A DNA stretch of 64,000 nucleotides from Paraspadella gotoi (taxonomy: Eukaryota; Animalia; Chaetognatha), in NCBI GenBank assembly GCA_051294375.1, contig CM119266.1, positions 15,555,405-15,619,404 of the forward strand, written 5' to 3'. The notes beneath the pieces were generated by a model. It saw only the letters and a list, made by a program, of their open reading frames with translations, made no database searches and had not been told where the DNA came from. A program made the position numbers and the translations under genes. This document shows positions 57,552 through 64,000 of the stretch, in pieces; positions within the stretch are counted from its first letter, which is position 1, and each line of letters starts with the position of its first letter.

Positions 57552-59002
57552 CATCGCGTCGCCGGCGTCGAAGTCGGCGTTCCCGGTGAGCGAGACGCGA
57601 CGCGACGGAGGGCGTGGTGGGCGACTCCACGCAAAAATTCCCGCTCTCTCTTTTACGCGCGCGATTTCAATCTCGGCGGAAGGCGAAGAAGCTTAAGACC
57701 GTAAGGTTCGATGTTGTTTTTAGTATGGGTTTTTGGGTTTACGTAATTTGAAAAAATATTGTTTGTTCTTAATTGATAATTAAAACTTAACCCTTTTTAC
57801 CTTACGTGAATCTTTTGTTAAAAATATACGAAAAATTAAAAATGTTCAAATCCTATGAATCCTCGAACGCACCAGAGGACGAAAGGAAATCCCCACCCGG
57901 GTCCGGTTTTTCTCGCAGGGCCCAGCGATCCATCTCTTCCTCACCGATCTCCTCGTCCTCTTCTTCTTCTTCCTCTTCCTCCTCCTCCTCCCCTTCCTCT
58001 TCCTCCACTATAGTGAATTGGCTTTGCCAGAAAGTCGAGATGCGTTGACTAAGAAGAGACGATCTCTGTGTAGGAGATTATTATATATATACAATTATGT
58101 CCAAAGTCAGGGGCAAGATAGCTTATTTATTAAATGAATGGATAATTTTTATATTGGTTGTACCAATTTCATATATATATATATATATTATACATATATC
58201 GAGTTGATTTCATCGTGTGTTTCTTTTGTTTGCCATCGAATAAGTTCACGCGTTACTCACGAGCTGGCGCGGATCGGGCTTGTCGTTATACCCGAGCTTC
58301 GTCGACGATTGTCGGGCAACGTCGGGCGATCGAAGACTCGCGTCGGCGTTGGGAGAGTCGCTCGAGATTTCGCGCCCGACAGAATCCGAGGAGAGAAGGC
58401 CTGACGGTTTAACGAGGAGGCCTGGTTCTTATCTCTTGACGACTCGGGTACGGGTTAGAGAGTGAGAGAGTGAAGGGGAGAAAAGAAAAGGGGAGAGAGA
58501 GTGGGAGAGGAAGATGAAATGAGAGTGGTAGCGATAAGGGAAAACAATCCGAGGAAGAGTGAGAAATAACAGAGAAGGAAAGATCGCGAGAAGGAGAAAA
58601 AAATGATCTGACTTAGGGGAGAGAGTGAAAATGTAAAAGATTTTAATATTTCCCTGTCTTTTATCAATGGAGGGTAAAAACTAGAGAATGCACTATTGCA
58701 GAAGGGTCAGAAAAGGACAGACAGAGGGAAAGCCAAAGAGAGAAACGGACGGACAGGAAAAATAATGCGAAGAGAGCGAAAAAGTAAGAGAAGAGAGCCA
58801 GAGGCAGAACGAGTAACAGATTTTGAGGTTTTTAAAATTTTACTCGAAAGGTAATACTCCGGTACTTTTTTCGTCTCGTTACTTTTAGGAGGTGGCAAAT
58901 TTACAGATGCTCCAGACGGCTGCGTTGTAGTCGTCGTCGTCGTCGTCGTCGTTGCTGTAGTTGCAATCGTCCTTGCAGAATGGAGAAAGAAGCGAAAGGA
59001 AT
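57552..59002 (-). CDS. Candidate upstream rhophilin exons (59002-58844, ~58421-58261, ~58065-57873, 57691-57552): Thr-rich, Ser-rich and poly-Glu low-complexity segments
   Basis: GC-rich open segments with donors such as CTC|GTGAGT, CTG|GTGCGT and ATG|GTGAGA. They can be chained in frame into the GSDPL exon; some acceptors are ambiguous. Confidence 0.5.
58100..58172 (+). repeat. Dispersed repeat, copy B (partial)
   Basis: TCCAAAGTCAGGGGCAAGA.AGCTTATTTATTAAATGAATGGATAATTTTTATATTGGT is nearly identical to ~61535-61593. Confidence 0.85.
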
Positions 59003-59130
59003 CTGCTGATGGAAAGGGATGGATTAGCGAATAGAATCCCAGGAAAATCCTCAATGTTTGGCCAAAGATCTTTTTGTGTATATTAATTTGGATACATTTT
59101 CTTTTTTTTTTTGAAAAATTAATTTCTTTT

Positions 59131-60435
59131 TCAATAAATTGGCAAACCGATTTCGTCGTCTTTGTCGTCGTCTCCGTCGATTCGGTGAAATGTCACGGGT
59201 GACGGAACCGGAACCTTGAGGAACGGCGCCAAATTTCCGGCGCCGTCTCGACCGTTGAGACGCCGGTTCGTCGTCGGGTCAAGGTCTTTCTGCTTTGGTG
59301 GCGGGGAGTTAGGAGTTGTTGTTTTTGTTGTTGTTTTTGTTGTTTCTCGTCGGTGATCACCAAAATCGTTGTTCTTTTGTTTGAGAACGCCATTAGGAAC
59401 GTCGCCATTACAATTAAAGAAATCAGACGTCACGCCACTTGTGACGGGAGTGAAACGTTTCGGCCCTGCGACACCTGGAGTGCAAAGGCGTGGTCGAGTG
59501 AAAGACTGCGGCGGAAGAGGAGGGGGAGGCGGAGGCGGCGCTGGAGGTGGCTGAGACGGCGGCAGCGGCGGAGACGCTAACATTAGCGGAGAGAGAGAAT
59601 TCGAAGGCGGACGTGGGGCGGAAGTCAAAGGTTTGGGTGGCAGAGGCGCCAGCGGCCTCGTTTTCGCTTCGTGCGTCGCTGTCGTTGTCTCCCACCGGCG
59701 GCACCTGGACGGCGTCGCGCCGTTCATCCTCCTCATCGTGTCGGTCGGCTTCGATTGAATTCCCAATCGAGTCGCCAACTCGAGTTGAAGAGCTTCGTGC
59801 GTCGACAAAGACCTTGAAGATGCAGTCGACGACGATGACGAAGATTCATGACGATTGTGATTGACTGAAGCCGTGGCGACGGAGAAGTTGGGGTTTGTGT
59901 CAGAAACCATAAAGATTCGTCTGGCAGCTTCAAAGTCGTTTCGTCGCCTTGACGAAGACGACGACGAAGAAGACGAAGAGGTGGAAATTTGAGATGGAAT
60001 CGTTTGTCCGGAATGCGTCGAGGCCTTCAGGTAAAGTCGCTGCTCTGTTCGCCAGCGTTTCGTCGGCGGCGGGGGCGGCGGAGGCGGCGGAGGCGGCGAC
60101 GTACAGATTCCGGAAAAATCTATAAACGTCAAAATTTCTCCGTCGCCGACGCCGTTGGAGACGACGTCGGCCAACGCCGGTCGATCAAGTCGATCGTCGA
60201 TCGCGCTTTTTGACTTGATCGTCAACGGTGGCGGTGGCGGCGGCGCCACCGTCGGTTTGGGACTCCGTATTACTTGTCTTTGATGAATTCGAGGTTGGAG
60301 TCGATCATCGAAGCAAATGGCCGTCAACTCGTTCGCCAGAATCGGAGGCCAAACGACGGGACGTCGACTGGGGATCGACGCCGACCCGGGGGCGCCGATA
60401 AAAGCGACGCCCGAGACGCCGGCCGCTTGTATCAT
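59131..60435 (-). CDS. 434-codon Pro/Ser/Thr-rich ORF; either a large alternative first exon of rhophilin (donor at 59147) or a separate single-exon gene
   Basis: ATG-initiated 1.3-kb stop-free GC-rich frame with the same codon style as neighbouring exons; three poly-Pro tracts; ATC G|GTTTGC donor near its end. Confidence 0.6.
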   Translation of the reverse strand: MIQAAGVSGVAFIGAPGSASIPSRRPVVWPPILANELTAICFDDRLQPRIHQRQVIRSPKPTVAPPPPPPLTIKSKSAIDDRLDRPALADVVSNGVGDGEILTFIDFSGICTSPPPPPPPPPPPTKRWRTEQRLYLKASTHSGQTIPSQISTSSSSSSSSSSRRRNDFEAARRIFMVSDTNPNFSVATASVNHNRHESSSSSSTASSRSLSTHEALQLELATRLGIQSKPTDTMRRMNGATPSRCRRWETTTATHEAKTRPLAPLPPKPLTSAPRPPSNSLSPLMLASPPLPPSQPPPAPPPPPPPLPPQSFTRPRLCTPGVAGPKRFTPVTSGVTSDFFNCNGDVPNGVLKQKNNDFGDHRRETTKTTTKTTTPNSPPPKQKDLDPTTNRRLNGRDGAGNLAPFLKVPVPSPVTFHRIDGDDDKDDEIGLPIY

Positions 60436-61449
60436 GTTTTTAAAATCGAGGGAAAAATGCGACGAACTTTTTTCATTTTTTTATTAAAGAAAAAGGTTGA
60501 ATTCTGGTTTAATTGACATAAATTCAACTCTTATTTTATTTTGCATTTTATTTCTGCGACTTTTCGTCTATAATTTTTTGGCATAGTTTACAGAATGTAT
60601 TATAAGTAAGTAATTGAGGCAGAAGAACTCAATTCATTTTTCATTCCATTCATTAAGCTTTTTTTGAGGCGAATTTAAATATTCCAAACTTTTTTATCGC
60701 GACATTTTTTTTCATTGTATTCGGATGAAAGAAACGTTCGAGTTTATTTGTGGATTCAATTCCTCCTGTTGTCTCTTCGAGGATTTTCGGACGAGGCCGA
60801 AGCATCGAGACCGAAAATGAGACGAAGTCAAAAAAGCCTTTTTTTTGTTGTCGCAGGAAAAAACCCGCGGCCTCGGAAGAGTCACTACCGGCTCGGAAAT
60901 TAATTATTTTTTTTTAAAAACTGATGGTTAATATTAGATATATTAATATTAAACATAGTGGTAATAAATAAGAACATCTTTGGTCTTTAAACCGAGAAAG
61001 AAAACTAAAATGAAGTAATGACATTTTCTAGTAGGTTATTTGCCGTAATTTTTACTTTGAAAATCCTATAAAGTTGACAAAAAAGATACTAACATGTATT
61101 TAAACAATGTTGCACATTTTGAAAAGTAACTTTCTAAAGAAGGAAATAAATCTAGGCGACACTTTTGTGTCCGGGAGTGAAAATTTCGGACGCTTTCGGC
61201 TGGAATTTTTCACGGAGGCGTCCAGTTTTTTTTTTCTCAGTGAGAAGTAGAGCGAATTCGACGACGAGCTGCCTCTTGGAAAAACTCTTCCTTTGGCGAC
61301 AGAAAGAGAATTTCAACTTTTGCTTGTTCAACTATATCAAACATTAATAGATTTGTTCGAATGATGGTTTAAACTACTTAGTTTCTCGGAACTGATTTAC
61401 TAGTTTAAAATACAATACGTGAATACAATGAGTGAATAAACGAGACTGT

Positions 61450-61610
61450 GAGAGAGTCTTGATTGAAAGCTTGCAGGGACCTGCTTTGTCATTATCTTGT
61501 AAGAGTGATGGAGGCCTTAAACCACCAAAGCCGGTCCAAAGTCAGGGGCAAGACAGCTTATTTATTAAATGAATGGATAATTTTTATATTGGTAGAACCA
61601 AATTCATACA
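61450..61610 (+). repeat. Dispersed repeat, copy C (longest; overlaps both copy A and copy B sequences)
   Basis: Shares ~100 bp with 17052-17153 (inverted) and ~70 bp with 58100-58172. Confidence 0.85.
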
Positions 61611-62403
61611 AACAAATCATTTAAAAAAATATTCAACTGGAAAAGAGAGGTTTTTGTGAAGGAATAAAGGGAAGGAGGGTGAGTAGAGAAACAGACAATG
61701 ATGGAAAAAAAACCGAATAGCGGAGATAAAAAGAAAAAAAAGTTGTTTATTTAATAACTCTTTGTAATACGATGTATAATACTTTATTAAATACGAATAC
61801 AAATAATTTTTATTTTTGACTCATGACAATTTAAAGACCCTAAAGAAAAAAAATTCTTTTCTGTCAGAAAAAAAAAGTGAATGGTTTTTGAGCGTGAGAA
61901 TATTTAGAGACAAAGGACGATGATTCGGGAAGGATTATAGCGCTTGGACGAAGACTCTGAGCCGAGATGAAAAAAAAAATCGTTATCTAAGTGGGAAGCG
62001 GTTACTCTCAAGATTAACCCATTAAGAAAGAACCCTGCCGCCGTGGCCCCGCGGGAGAGGCCATGACGGCACTCTCCAAAAATCTTTCACCTCGGAGGAA
62101 GAAGGGTTGTTCGTGAAAGGGACGATAACTGCGCCTCAGTTCCAGCTGAAGCGATGTTGCGGTTTTGAAAGATTCGAAACGCGAATGGAGAAAGCAATGA
62201 AGGACAATGTCTCATCGAGGAGCGGCATTGTTAATTGATTGCTTTAGGAGTTATCTTGAAGTGTATTGATTACGTCTGGGTTATAGTAGCAGTATCATTT
62301 TCAACATCAACAGGATCGTCTTCATCATCGTCATTATCATTCATCAATGACGATATCAGCAACGAAACTCACCATTAATCATTGGAAGACACCATTATCA
62401 TCG

Positions 62404-62435
<32 letters not shown>

Positions 62436-62741
62436 CTGCATATCGGCTACTCAAATATTGGAAGAAACTCGATGATATTTCAAAAGCGAAGAAAAGTTTC
62501 GACTTTTTCTCGCAGGAAGTTTAAAGATGAAAAATATGATTCAGAGATAAAATGATGATAAAAGGATAATTTAATTAAATTATGAAAATCTCGTTTTAAA
62601 TTAAACAAGATGAACGCTGAACATAAAGCAGTTAACAAGTATAACAAATATGCGGAAAAAATGAAAAAATGATAAAAATCACCATTCATAATATTTATAT
62701 ATATTTTATTTTTTATGAACACTAATTTTTAGTTTTTAGGT

Positions 62742-62788
62742 ATAATTCTTATAATTCTTATAATTCTTATAATTCTTATAATTCTTAT
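62742..62788. repeat. 9-bp tandem repeat (ATAATTCTT) x5
   Basis: Directly visible. Confidence 0.9.
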
Positions 62789-62862
62789 TTCTTGATTAAT
62801 ATTCTTGAATCAGTAACGTAACTCGATATAAATAAATTAACAAATTAACAAATAACACTTAC

Positions 62863-63087
62863 CCATCTGGGAGATCTGACTTCTTTAGACACATCCAATG
62901 ATACTGAGGACGCGGGAGACGCCGTTGAATCCGGCGACGACGACGACGAAAACGACGACGACGCCGCGTCTTCTTCGTCGCCAACGTCGCCGTTATTTTT
63001 GAGGCGCGGCGCGGCGACGTCGACGCTGGGATTTTCGAGCGACGTGACGTAAATCACCTCGAATCCTTTGTCTTCTTGGCCGCTCAT
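62863..63087 (-). CDS. Probable distal first coding exon of rhophilin (MSGQEDKGFEVIYV...VRSPRW)
   Basis: GCC-ATG start, 75 codons, perfect TGG|GTAAGT donor in phase 0, compatible with the phase-0 GSDPL exon at 55753. Confidence 0.55.
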
Positions 63088-63886
63088 GGCGCGGAACGGA
63101 TTTGAGTGACTTGATTTTTAGATCCGAAAAAGACACGAAATATCGCAGAACTTTGCTCGTTAAAGTCGTCAGGGTTCAACAGTTTGGATAGACTTGATCC
63201 CGCCGTGTCGTTCAAAAAGAGGGGGACTAGAATTTTGGCGAAGAAATATTTTTCGACTTGAATTAATCAAATAGCGAAAATAAATTTAAAGGTTTCTCGC
63301 TGTTGGCGCGTAAGACAATAAAAAAAAAAACTAGAATGGAAATGAGGCCAAGAAAATTATTACGTTGAATTGATCCCCAATTGTTTATTTCTCTTTGAAG
63401 AGGAAGAGGATTTCTCCTTCTCAATGAATCGTCCCTCGTTTGACGATTCACAAACGCCGCGTTTACTATTCAATGTTCAATGTTCAAACGATGCAATTTG
63501 TTACGACTACCCGATACTATCGAGAAAATTTCGTTCCCTAAGAACTTTTAATAAAAAAACAGAATAAAAGTGATGATCGAAACTGATTTACATGAGACTA
63601 AATCTGGCTCGAGAGGTTTTTTGATATTCATGCGCGCGTAGAGGCTTAAAATAACGCCCAATAAAATAAATACAAGAAATAAAAAAGGTTAAAAAAAAAG
63701 TAGTTTTTAAGTGAAAATACTTTTATTTTTTGAGGAGAATTGTTTTCTGAAAAAAATATCAAAATAAGCGAAGTTTCTAACCATTTGACTTTCTCGACTT
63801 TATTTTTTGAAATTCTGAATCGGTGTGAAAATTAAAGTTTTGTCGAATGTTTTTTTTTTTTTTTTTTTTTTTCAAAGAGAAAAAAA

Positions 63887-63951
<65 letters not shown>

Positions 63952-64000
63952 TTTTTAGAACAAGAACAAATGGTCAACGCCTATTTCGGTCGACAGACCA

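Noticed and set aside
61495-61550. Possible hammerhead ribozyme in the dispersed repeat
   Set aside because: The required CUGANGA and GAAA core motifs are not intact.
62014-62235. GC-rich hairpin (~62036-62071) after TTAACCC, plus a short open frame (FTSEEEGLFV..)
   Set aside because: No matching second terminus or recognisable transposase/RNA motif; too weak to call.

Overview
Intron-rich animal (invertebrate-type) genomic DNA: GT-AG introns, GC-rich exons, AT- and microsatellite-rich introns, and several N gaps. Six protein-coding loci can be reconstructed by hand from splice sites and reading phase. (1) The 3' part of an EamA/DMT (SLC35G-like) transporter (+). (2) About 40 exons of a type III classical cadherin of the Drosophila N-cadherin class (+), with about 10 complete cadherin repeats plus the end of another, an NC/SEA-like domain, EGF-LamG-EGF-LamG-EGF, a TM helix and p120/beta-catenin motifs; its N-terminus is not visible. 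(3) A 5-exon prominin (+). (4) A secreted VWA / ~24xEGF / chitin-binding (CBM14) protein (-). (5) A TEX43/SPMIP10-like ciliary protein (+). (6) A rhophilin (HR1-BRO1-PDZ) (-) with candidate long upstream exons. The strongest oddities: the cadherin's conserved G-S cleavage motif appears replaced by an inserted furin-type site; one VWA domain appears nested inside another, in a gene with a sharp compositional break; rhophilin may carry a ~650-aa proline-rich N-terminal extension; and the transporter may be nested on the same strand in a cadherin intron. All family calls come from recognising motifs by eye. No searches were run, and exon boundaries need transcript confirmation.
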